A DNA stretch of 58,058 bases, counting the filler, from Basidiobolus ranarum (taxonomy: Eukaryota): assembly GCA_040143965.1 (NCBI GenBank). It is 5 parts of 5 records of this genome, joined end to end, with 100 filler letters (N's around TTAATTAATTAA, not from the genome) between each part and the next. Parts side by side here need not be neighbours in the genome. Positions count along the whole stretch, not along the records: positions 23,348 to 34,858 come from JASJQH010007481.1; positions 34,959 to 46,465 come from JASJQH010007482.1; 3 more parts are not named here. One strand, written 5' to 3'. The position numbers and the translations under genes are program-made. This document shows positions 27,410 to 38,480 of this stretch, in pieces (the first letter of the stretch is position 1; every line of letters begins with the position of its first letter). Under the pieces are notes generated by a model, which was given only the letters and a program-made list of their open reading frames with translations, was not told the origin of the DNA and made no database searches.

Positions 27410-27772
27410 ATGGACCATTCTCTTATTTACACAGGTTTTGGGATGTTCTCTTCTTTCGTACATGAATATTTTTCAGGAGTCGCTTCAGAGCCTCAAGCCA
27501 CAATAGAGAAGCTCAACCTTGATTATGAATTGGTATCTGCAATATTCACCTTAATGACTCTAGGAGCAGGTTTAATGCTTACTTACAAACTGATCAAAAG
27601 TACTTTTTGGTTGGTCTTGGGGGGTTTAAAACTTTGTCTATATGCTTGCTTAACTGCCATTTTCCTTTATTGCTTTATCGACGCAGACTGTAAACATAAT
27701 GATACTCAATTCAACCTATTTGCTAAAGAAGAGATAGTAGAACACGGCGACTGGTTTTTACCTTGGCACTAA
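27410..27772 (+). CDS. Hypothetical 120-aa two-TM membrane protein
   Basis: ATG 27410 after a pyrimidine-rich leader; two adjacent hydrophobic helices; loosely Apq12-like layout but not diagnostic. Confidence 0.45.
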   Translation: MDHSLIYTGFGMFSSFVHEYFSGVASEPQATIEKLNLDYELVSAIFTLMTLGAGLMLTYKLIKSTFWLVLGGLKLCLYACLTAIFLYCFIDADCKHNDTQFNLFAKEEIVEHGDWFLPWH

Positions 27773-28449
27773 CACACAATATTATCCTGAGCTTTTTCGA
27801 CTGCACGTATTCTTTCCTATTATCTACTCTTCCTTGAACACTTCTTTTTCTTTATTCCTATATGTACACTCTATTTGACTATTTTTTTGCTGGCAAAATT
27901 CGTATATGTACTTGAGTTGAATCCTATGTTTCGCGACACTTCGGAGGATTCTGTTAATATAAAGGACTTAACTCATGCAGAGTATCCCCTAGTACTATAT
28001 TGATATAGAATGTAGTAATCCAATGTATTTATGGCTCATTCTTTACTTGATCCACATTTGGCCTGGTAGATTATTTGAGCCAAGATTTAATAACCAGTAT
28101 GGTTCTCTAATTACACAGGTATTTATATGATAAAACATATACACAATCAAGTGAAATTCTATTTAGTGCTCTACTGATGATTGTTGAAACTGGCAACTAA
28201 ACATGACAGGATAGTTTTGAAAAGGATTGCTTGAAGAAACCAAACTGATTCAGGAACATATACATCAAGACTGTGAAGATTCTATACTAGCTCCTCTAGT
28301 TTATGTACATACAGCAGAATCAAGAGTTCTGTATGATACATACTTCATACCTGTGTATATGCTACACTTAGATATACATACCTAAAATCATTTTGAGAGC
28401 TTATCTGGATTCCATCGGCTACAAAATAAGTTCTCATGGCAGCTGATTC

Positions 28450-28655
28450 TGTTGAAAATGACATAGCTCAAGCATCTAAATAGTCATATAGTTAGCTACC
28501 TAAATCTTATTATGTTATATTTCAATATCTTTACTCGGAATTTACTTCAAATATTTTTACCAACTTGGAAGTTTGAAGACTATGGGATTTTCTCAAACTT
28601 GTACAAAAGTCCTCAAACTTTGTACACATGCTTAAGGAATCTTCTTAAATATATA
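28450..28655 (+). mobile_element. Degenerate partial LTR of the same family
   Basis: Starts TGTTGAAA; contains GGAATTTACTTCAAATATTTTTACCAACTTGGAAG and CAAACTTTGTACACATG, matching the LTR at 57798 onward. 3' boundary approximate. Confidence 0.7.
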
Positions 28656-28679
28656 CTACCTGTGGGTTTGTCCACTTCT

Positions 28680-29342
28680 TGATGAAAGATATTTAGTTAC
28701 TCCATATATCACCAAGATATCACTCACTATTCTCAATCAGAGTTTACTTAGAATATTTTTACCAAGTTAGTGTTAAGGTATTTGGGAGCCTGTTGGAAGT
28801 GGTTTGGAGAATCAGAGGAATTGGTGGTTTTCACTTATTGATTTATTGAGTGGAAAGTTGACATTTATAGTTTTGTCCAGATGTAAACAAACTAACATGC
28901 AGAATGTGTCAAGGAAGGTCCCAGGAACATGTGTGCAAAGTTTGAGGCTTCTAGCACAAGTTTAAAAAATCTATATATCTGAGAACTTCTAAGTTGGTGT
29001 CACTATTGCAAGTAAATTCCTCTTGAGAATAATGGATAATATCTTAGTGAATTATAAGATAACTAAGTACTAAGCTATATATGACTATATAGGTATTTAG
29101 GCAATGTTAATTTCAACAGTTAGAAGTTCTCAGATATATAGATTCTTTTTAAACTTGTGCTATAGGACCCAAACTTTGCACACATATTCCTGGGACCTGG
29201 CTTGACACATTCTTCATCTTTATTTGCTTTCATCTTGGCAAAACTATAAATATTCACTTACACTTAATGTATCATAAAGTTAAAACCACCAAATATTCTA
29301 GTTGCCCATATCATTTCAAACAACTCCCAAAATAGTTCAACT
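28680..29342 (+). mobile_element. Older LTR split by a younger inverted solo LTR
   Basis: Left part ends ...TTACTTAGAATATTTTTACCAAGTTAG and right part resumes GTTAGAAGTTCTCAGATATATAG...CTCCCAAAATAGTTCAAC; joined, they are colinear with the LTR at 57798 onward. Outer boundaries approximate. Confidence 0.8.
28771..29118 (-). mobile_element. Solo LTR (348 bp) with perfect 5-bp target-site duplication GTTAG
   Basis: GTTAG|TGTTAAGG...TTTCAACA|GTTAG; colinear with 12370-12717 over its full length. Confidence 0.92.
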
Positions 29343-31383
29343 AATTCCTCAACATTACTAGTTTGGAGTATGATGCTTCCAAATCTAGGTATCCCTTTTA
29401 TCCAGGTGCTGCTTCACAACTGGTTGGCCTTGTATAGACTTAATGAATTTTGCGGTTTGACTCAGAAGAGCTCGTCTTCACCAGAAGATCCGGTATGCAA
29501 ACGTAGCATATCACTCATGTTCAAATTGCAAATACTTCCCCTGGGAAAATAATGTCAAGTTTCATGTTAAAAAGCGATTTTTTCACATTGTAATTTTTCA
29601 TGAATTCTCATTTATTACTATGCAATGAGGCGGTAAGAGTAGAGTAATATCAGCCAATGAGTTGTTGGAGTGTAGAGACATTACAAACTGCTGATTGAAA
29701 ATTGTGGACAAATTTGATGAGATCATCTCCCACAGATGTGTACATGCAAATATATGAATCTTTTGCTATTCAGCCATAATACTCCAGTACGGAATAAGTG
29801 ACGCACTTGGTACCTTGTGAATATGATGTACAAGCTTAATTTGAACAATAGCTGCTCCTATAGTAACACTTGTTATGTACATGAAATGAAAAGGTATGAT
29901 CACAAGCCCAAGAAAACCCTGCGCAAGCTTCATACAACTCTAATTCTAATTGTTCACAACAAACATTGTAAGAAGAAATGAAGTTGTTTACCGAAACACT
30001 CTTCACTTCTGTCTGGTGGGCCATTAGCGGTCCAGTTCACGACACCAGGATCAAACACTAGTTCAATATCACAAAAATCTCATACTCCTTCCCATAGTCT
30101 CTATCAGTGAAATATGGAGATATATTTTCGATTCGATTCAATCCACACCAAGACTCTTCCTTTTAAGTGGTACTACCAACCAGCTAAATGACGATAGAGA
30201 GCAACTTCATTTAGCACATCCATACCGCTTATATACAATTCCTCAGTAAATGCATATACAGATGATTCAGTTGCAAATTATAGTTTTAATTATATCTATG
30301 TACAGCAATAGGGCAGGTTGCAGCAAGCACAAAGAGTGGATTCATTTATCCGATTCTTGTTAATTATTCTATATTAATTAGTTTTCAAGGGTTTAGATTC
30401 CTTTCGATTGCACATTCATGCTTCACCGATGTTCCAATTGTAATGCAAATCAAGAGATACCTGTCATCACAAAACCATCAAATCACCTTAGTGATATGCT
30501 TCTTATTAATATTGAACCCGCTTCTTTCATTTTAGCCATCGTGTGCTATATTAACTGGTTGTATGCGTGCAACCAAAAACTCCCTCTACTCACTTCCATA
30601 GTTTCTCTATTGGCAACTAATACGGCGCAATTACTAACTATTCAAGCATCGCCTTCAGGACTGCGATAACAACGACAGAAAACCAGTTTTTGGAACCTAA
30701 CCCTAAGAACGCATCCCTGGACCAAATACATTTACTTACTCAAGGAAATATGCCGATATCATAATCCTTGAGATCTCCTGTCCCTGTTAGGATTTTATGG
30801 GGTTACCTCCGAAGCCTGGCTGTTGAAGGGTGCACTCAAGTCATATATGGGTGCAAGCAAAGGGATGTTTGAGCAGTATATCTAGATCTAGTATTCCGAA
30901 TGCTTTATGGAGCCGAGGCTATGGGGGTTCTTTATATTCACAGAATGAAAAAATTCCTTTGGCGCAGTATGGTGGCTGACACAGTCCTTGAAATTGTAAT
31001 AGTCCCGATTGACTGAGGATACTTGTATCCCACCTCAAACAAGTTTTGTCGACAGTACCCAAAATGTAACTCATTTAATCGAACTGCTTAATCCAATCTC
31101 GGTTCAGGCTCAGTTTAATTAAGGGATGGTCATCAACGTGGTAGTAGTAACCTACATTCAGATCAGAACGAAGGTACAAGTATCTGTTTGCAGGGATATC
31201 GGACTCGTTCATTCTATTTCTATCCATTATATATCATGAGATCACTGCTTTATTTGTATCTACAGAGTCTTTGGAAAGATGCAGTTCAGTCACATTTATT
31301 TACATTTCGTGTTTATAATTCGATTCATATCGCATATAATTCTTAAGCAGCATGCGAGAACTATAGCTATCTATATAAGTGCA

Positions 31384-32388
31384 TTACTCATTATCTTGAA
31401 GTATCCACCAAGCTCTTCCTGGCGCATCGTTCTCCCATGTATCGACGCATCCAACACCATGACCGTGCGGAGTATTAATCCCACATCTACCAACAATAAA
31501 CAGCGTGGTGCCGTTCGGACCACCAAACTCAATATTGGATGGAAAAGTGAAAGTTGTCTTGATGGAGGCCAAAATATCCCCATTAGGAGAGAATTTCAAC
31601 ACTTCCATGCCACCGTTACGCGTTACAAACAAATTTCCTTTGATATCTGTACGCATCCCATCTATATCAATATTTTGAGTTCGAATTTTGAGAAAATCGA
31701 AGAAAACTTTCTTGTTGGATATGGCTCCAGTACTTGGATCTACATCATACCGCCAGATCTTATTACTGACAGGGCCGCCGTTCCTGTTAGCAGCTTCGGA
31801 GAGGTAAAGTGACTTATCATCAGGGCTAAGTTCTATTCCATTGGTGCGTCCTAACAATTCCAGTCGTTTTGGAGTACCTTCAGGAGAACATACCCATAGG
31901 TCACCGTCACCGGCTTGATTATTTGGCCGCCATCTGGCCCCCGAGAGATACAAAAGACCTGCTCTAGATAGTGCAAGATCGTTAGGTTGAATCATATCAG
32001 GACTAGAACAAAAATTCTTGGAGGTTATATCTTCATCGTTAATGGTTAGCTCGACTACACGATGATTGACATAATCAGCAGCATAGGCAAAGGTTTTATC
32101 ATCCTTTACAAAGAATCGGAGTGCATTAAAAGATGTGCCTTTAGTGGTTTTATCCTCGTAAAACAACTCTTGTGGTGTTACTTGTCCAAGAGTAGCTAAA
32201 CGAGCTGAATTCCCGTGGTTAACAGCGAATACGTTCCCTTCATCATCTACAGCGGTGCCTTCGATGAAAGGCCCGAATTGAGAGTTAGTTGAGTCGACTA
32301 GAGCTTTTGCTGGGTATTGAGTAACTGCCGCATTAACCGTCAATACTGTTGCCAACAAAGGGATGGAGCCAGACTTTAAGAAAAGCAT
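31384..32388 (-). CDS. Secreted SMP-30/gluconolactonase/LRE (SGL) hydrolase, paralogue 2
   Basis: Intronless and colinear with 24315-25310. True start probably ATG 32388 (MLFLKSGSIPLLATVLTVNA signal peptide), not 32502, because a TATA lies between them and it aligns with paralogue 1. Confidence 0.88.
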   Translation of the reverse strand: MLFLKSGSIPLLATVLTVNAAVTQYPAKALVDSTNSQFGPFIEGTAVDDEGNVFAVNHGNSARLATLGQVTPQELFYEDKTTKGTSFNALRFFVKDDKTFAYAADYVNHRVVELTINDEDITSKNFCSSPDMIQPNDLALSRAGLLYLSGARWRPNNQAGDGDLWVCSPEGTPKRLELLGRTNGIELSPDDKSLYLSEAANRNGGPVSNKIWRYDVDPSTGAISNKKVFFDFLKIRTQNIDIDGMRTDIKGNLFVTRNGGMEVLKFSPNGDILASIKTTFTFPSNIEFGGPNGTTLFIVGRCGINTPHGHGVGCVDTWENDAPGRAWWILQDNE

Positions 32389-32474
32389 TGCTGTAGATGA
32401 GTACTCGAGGGAACAGGGGTTAGTTCTAAAGAGGTTATGAGTTAGTTGAAGATACAAACTTAAGAAACACCATC

Positions 32475-32482
32475 CTTTTATA
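32475..32482 (-). promoter_or_regulatory. Putative TATA box of SGL paralogue 2
   Basis: TATAAAAG about 90 bp upstream of ATG 32388. Confidence 0.5.
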
Positions 32483-34858
32483 CCCTCTGGATCTGTTGGC
32501 ATTCATTCATTGCGAGTTCATGTATCCCGATACAATTAACTAATGAAACAAGATTTTATTATGTCTATCCAAAATGATAGGTTCATCCAGATTTTGTCAA
32601 TAATGTTAGTGAATGTAATAGCTAAGCAATAGCTAGGCACGTTGCTTTGAAGAATGGAAATTCCATAATTGACGAGTTTAATACTTGATATGCATCTCAT
32701 TACCATCTTTGAAAAACCCGCACTATATTTTACAATGCTCAAGTCCGGCTATACACTTAACTGCTGTAGGATGAAGTCTAACGGAAGTTTCTTTGTCCAT
32801 TGTCAGCTGCAGATTTATTTGGGCCTATATTGAACTCAGATGAGATTAAGCTTCCATAAGTTTCACAAAACTCATTCTTGGGTTAGATGGTATCGCCAGA
32901 GTAACGCAATCCATCTGAAGAGGGGAAAAGGGGGCTGCCCTATGCCAGTTTTTAGAGTGATATTACAATGGGGATTCTATTTAGATCAATGTAACCTGAC
33001 CATTGAGGATTGAGGGAAGGTGACACGAAGACAGGTCATATAGCTGCCCAGTGTATCCTGAAAAACACAGCCAGCAGGATATTTGCGGTGCCCTTATTGT
33101 TTGTCTTCTAATAGGAAATGATTACTCACTATACTCCTCCAAACCGGTTTATAGAGCATCGCGTAGACAAAGTTCATAGAAAATCTGTATTCTATGGGAC
33201 ACTTTCAACTATCGCATCTGCGTAGCGTATGAGATGAACATGGTTTGGGTTGGCATTAGCACTCTCCAAGACCAGGAATATCTTTCACATGCTAATGAAC
33301 TTGAGAAGAAAACACCCATCGGATACAACTCTCCCAACCAACGTTATTCTGATCCATCACGTCTCTCACATTATAGAAGACTTCATCGTAGTTATACCAA
33401 AACCCCTAACAATCTCGACAATGAAGCATTCAACTGAAGAATGGTTTGAGGAGCCATATTGTGGCTTTGTAAGCCTCATCTTACTCAAAAGTCCTTCCTG
33501 AGTGATGCGTATAAGTGGATCCCCTGGGGGTAAAAAGAACTGTTCTTCTGCTTACTATCAATACTGGAAAATTGATTCCTAGATCAGGACTTGAGCACCG
33601 AGTGAGGAAAGATTGCATATATTTTTAATATACTGGGTGAGCAGCATCTCTGAGATATACTCCTAAGCCGACAGGGCTACGCTATTTACGGCTAAACATT
33701 TACTAGATCATAACTTATCTGTGTCAAATACGTGATGACTGGCCTACTGTTATGATGACATAAGGGTACAGATATTCTTATCCAAATTCGACTGACAGTT
33801 GGAACATTGATAGCGAGCAGTGAGAGTACAACAACCCACAATTATTCAGGTTGATTCAAATAAAAACGCTACTTAAATTTGGTGATTAGTAATCAGCTCA
33901 ATTGTTAGTAATATAGTGTGAAGCTCCTGAGTTGCTCTCACATATTTCCGAATCACGATCAGAACAATGGGTCTGGCTGAAATAAGTATGTGATTCATTT
34001 TGGCTGGCTGTCAAATTCTCATTTTGAAGTTTGAACGTGCATTGTTTTCCTATCATGAGCAGGTTTGTGCAACAGCTCTAGACTGCCTATAATTTTCATA
34101 GTCGAGTTTGTCATTTCTTCATCTTTCAGTTCTGAAACAAAGTATCCTTCACTAAATTTCTCATATTTTCACTTCTTTTCTTTACCCAAGTCCATCTTGA
34201 ATTTGTGCACAGGCATGTTAGATGGTGCTTCTATAATTCCACCATGGAGCTTCTGTAAGATCCCTTTGAAATTCCTGCCATTTCCAACATTTCAATGAGT
34301 TTTCAATGGATATGACAATTTCAACAGTGGTAATACTCTATCAATAACCATACATAGTCAGGTGATATATTTATAAAAAGATGCAAGGTTCCAAGGTTTC
34401 CACACTTTGTACCCTTTCAAATGGTGTTGTAAGCATAGTTGCTTCAATTTCATTACTTAGATTAGCATAGCAACTCTTGGCTGCTTTCTGACAGAAAGAG
34501 GCTGTAAAGTACTTGGATTCAAATCTTCCAGTGTTTGCAATTAGTTCTTCCTGTATCAACCTACATCTCAAGTATATTGCTCTTTCCCAACTAGCATACA
34601 TTTTCATCTAACAATATGCCAAATAAATAATTATGGTAAAATATGCAGTCCTTGATTCTAGAGCCATTACTAAGCACAAAACATAGCTGGCAGATTGTTG
34701 ATAGCAGTAACTATGATATCTGGATTAGTTGTTATTGGGAAAATATGGGCTATTTGGAGGAACTTTAGAAAAGTGGAGTTGTCAATAGCTTTGTGAGATA
34801 ATTATTCATTGTCCAGAAATGAAGCATTGATACATTTTGGTGGAAATACAGAAAACTA

Positions 34859-34958
34859 NNNNNNNNNNNNNNNNNNNNNNNNNNNNNNNNNNNNNNNNNN
34901 NNTTAATTAATTAANNNNNNNNNNNNNNNNNNNNNNNNNNNNNNNNNNNNNNNNNNNN
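34859..34958. other. Artificial contig linker
   Basis: N44-TTAATTAATTAA-N44. Confidence 0.97.
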
Positions 34959-35041
34959 AGAATAATCACCTAAGTACCCCCCCCCCCAATGGAGTTTAGG
35001 TCAGCGTCCATGTGCAGTGCAAAGAAGAAACATTCACTTAC

Positions 35042-35886
35042 CAAACTAATAGATGACCAAATACCATTGCTCGCAAGAATTGTACGGAATTTAGTGAACA
35101 CGAAATAAATGAATATAATAACCGCCACACCAGTGAGCAACTTCAATCCATTCTTGGTCCAATCGAATGGTCGATTGATGGGAACCTATAGTCAAATTAG
35201 GGATATTTAGGAGGGAGACTTTTGGTCAAGAATTTATCATATATACCTCCACTCCAAGTTGTTGAGAGAGAAACTCGGCTAATGGCTCAGCTTGAAGGCC
35301 CCTAAGAATGATAGAATTAGTGGAGTTGTATAAAACAATTGAGGTGGAAATCTTTACTTTGAAGAAATTTCATAAAGGATAAAGTCCTGCTTCTTAGCTT
35401 TGGGACCTTCAGTGGGTGGGTAAAATAGGATGTAGGGCGCAGTCTGAATACCAAGTTTCATAAAAACTTCTCTACCATCATCGACCTCAAGTTGACCGAA
35501 ATATAATTCTTGCGAATTTTTAGTGGAGAGCCAGCTCTTTGAGATAAGTTGGTAGTTGGGTTCAAAGAAACTATAAATAAACCTCGTCGTTAGTTTCCGT
35601 AATATTTAACTATGGCACATAATTAACTTTCTTCTGAAGAGTGAACTTCAAACGCTTACCCACAGGCTGCACATCCGAAAGCGGGATTAAGTGCAGTTAA
35701 TACAACAATGGCCGAATAGTTACGAGGTCCTGAAGTCAGAAGCTCAAAAGAAGCACTATTAAGCTTTATAACTCCGTTAGAATCAGCTGGTAGGTTGTCA
35801 AGTTGTTGAATTTTATCATTGCTAGCTGAGCAGATAAACAATAAGCTTAGGCATAATAGTACAGATAGCACTATCTTTGCCTTCAT
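35042..35886 (-). CDS. Oligosaccharyltransferase OST3/OST6 (MagT1/TUSC3-like) subunit, 5' part; truncated by contig end
   Basis: Signal peptide, GVIKLN...GPRNYSAIVVLTAL...GCAAC (CxxC), FGQLEVDDGREVFMKLGIQTAP, then RPFDW and first TM helices; four exons visible. Confidence 0.85.
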
Positions 35887-36776
35887 TTTCTTTGTGACTA
35901 GTAAAATTCACGTAAAGTATTTAGTCCAAGAATATGTATTGAAAGTCTGGTATGCTTGGCGCTCAGTCCCATCATCAGATTCTGTAAATTGATGGTTTAG
36001 ACCAACCACAGCCTCCTACGTCGAATGTCATAGTCAGGGGTATGCTACTTATCGAATTGGTGATACTTGAATTTTGGGTGTTCAATCCATGCTAAAAAGT
36101 CCAGGGTCGGTATTACTACGTACTATGTATTGATGAAGTCTGTTGAATTGTAGGCATAGTTGTATGGCTGAGAAATTTACGGGAATATGAGATGGTTGCA
36201 AGAACTCCGAGACATGGGATGGAATGATCAATGCCTAAACACCACTACACTCCTTAGTGCGCTTTTAGCATTGCAGTGAGTAGAATAATAGCTGTAGAAA
36301 GTTAGTTAGGATGTAGCATAATAACTCGATTAACTCTATGTAAGCATATATACAAGTAAATCATAACTGATTTAGTTCACTCGTGAGGCTTCTCTGAAAT
36401 TAACTACGCCAAAATTTAACCGTCAGCAATGTCGAAAATAACTTGGTGCCTTCAACCCTTTATTCTCATTCCTAAGCAAAAATGAACAGACGCTTGTAGA
36501 GGCAGATGTCACGTAATGGTATATTCAATGATACAAATTATTACAACTTCAACGAAAAATTGGATTCATGTTATACATCCAAATAAACCAATTCACTTCA
36601 CTTCTCTAGTTAATTATTCCGTTCGGAAACTTAATTACATGAGATGATGACCATAAAACCCTATCGGAACAAAACCAAAAATATCATGAACATGGTAAAT
36701 TGGAGAAGGGAACTAGAGATCAATTCCTGGAATTTCGTGCAGTCAAGGTAGGGTGTATCTTTGGGGAACATGTCCG

Positions 36777-38480
36777 CTATAATGAGACACTTCGAGAGCA
36801 ACTTTTTTGATTTCTTGATTTTTGATATTTACGAGAGTGATGGTCAATTTCTTTCCGTGAAAGTGATGTTAACTTAAAGCAGTTCTACAATAAAAGAATC
36901 ATTGATTAGTATGATGGTTTTCGGATCGTTCTGATTGCATCCTAGCTTTACCTCCAGAAGGTTATGACAATTAATCATGTTCTTGGGCATATCTTGGATC
37001 TTTTGAAACAAGATTAAAGGGTCTCTAACGCTCATGAGTTCACTCTCATTCATTTTGAATAATGTTAGAGCAATCCGAAACGCAACCTTGAATCCTTCGT
37101 AGAATAAGCAATCCCATATGCGCAAAACATTTTCCACTGGCATGACTCCAACGAAAATCGTTGAAAACCAATGACTGACTGTTAAAGTTACAGGTGGCAT
37201 TCCTAAGGCAGTTTGCCTATGAAGGCGTTCGTAAATGGTAGGGAATTTATCTCGCAGCAAAAGCATAAAAACTTCTTGGTTAATTATTGCCCCTTCCATC
37301 GTAACTGAATACATTTCTGGGGGGATTATGTCTTCTACCAAACACACTAAAGTCCAGAAAGACTCTTCTTCATTCATAAAAAGCAACAGGAGGCCAGCGA
37401 TGTAGCTTAAAGATTGACAGTATCCAATGGAACTCGACCACATGGAAAATGCTATTAATACTCGACGCAACGATTGTAATGTAGCAATATCCTTAATGTG
37501 TATGGATCCTCTAGCAGAAATTTGGGCTTTGAATTTGATATTATCTGGGAAAGTACGATGGAGATCTTAAGGCAAGTGTTGATAACCTTAGGTGAATAAC
37601 AAATAGTACGTTCGTATAACACTAAGTCTTTACAATACCTCTTTCAATAATTTCGACGTACTCGTTGTCAAAATCGGGTTGGCATAATCTGCCAATGAGT
37701 GCTTCATAGCTACCTGGATGGTTTCTCATACGAACATCTGCACCACTATAGTGTAACCAGCACTATATATGTACACCAAATTAAATACAAGCTGTGAAAA
37801 GAAAATTCAACGTGCCACAAACCTGTCGTCTATATTCATTAGGAATTCCTTTGCGAATATATCTTTTAACTGTAGGAGACCGGGCCGGTATTGAGCCATG
37901 ATAACTTTTAACCAAAGAGTGCCACTTCTCTCTTCTTCTTTGTACTATAGGCTCATAGTCGGTGATAAACCTTTCGTAATCGTCTTTTGTAGAGTACTGA
38001 GTAGATTTCTTAAACCCATATTGATCTCTGTTGAGCAATACACAAATAAAAAAACTGATAAATAAAAAACCAAATAGATATTGCTAATTTTTAAATACTA
38101 ATACGTTACCTTTCTTCAAAGAAACTCTCGTCGTCTTCATCACAATCTGTTTCTTCTTCGTCGGAAGAGCCACTGATTCGTAATTCTGGAGGGGTAAGTA
38201 GGCCTGAGGAATGTTTTCGGAAGATAGGAGAAGTTGGAGTCTTTAAGAACCGTGTGGTATTAGAATTCAAAAGTTCCGAACTATTAGGTTCGTATGAATT
38301 AACTCTCAGGGCGGTAACACTTCGGTTGGCACGAAAACTATAAGCAGTTTCGCTTGTTTGGCCAGTTTGGTTGGAGCCATTTCGTGGATATAGTGCAGTA
38401 GAACGGTTTGGATGGCGAGAGCTGGGTGTATAAGTGATTTGTGGAGTGCCATTTATGGGGATATTAAGGTTGGTGGTCAT
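36777..38480 (-). CDS. TBC-domain Rab GTPase-activating protein (Msb3/Msb4-like), 5 exons
   Basis: DQYGF, VKRYIRKGIPNEYRRQCW, Arg finger IERDLHRTFPDN, Gln finger GYCQSL, LRIWDCLFYEG; TAG 36777-36779. Confidence 0.88.

Noticed and set aside
34040..34858. Possible decayed coding sequence or transposon at contig end
   Set aside because: Fragmentary frames with no motif I can assign; needs TBLASTX or an HMM search.
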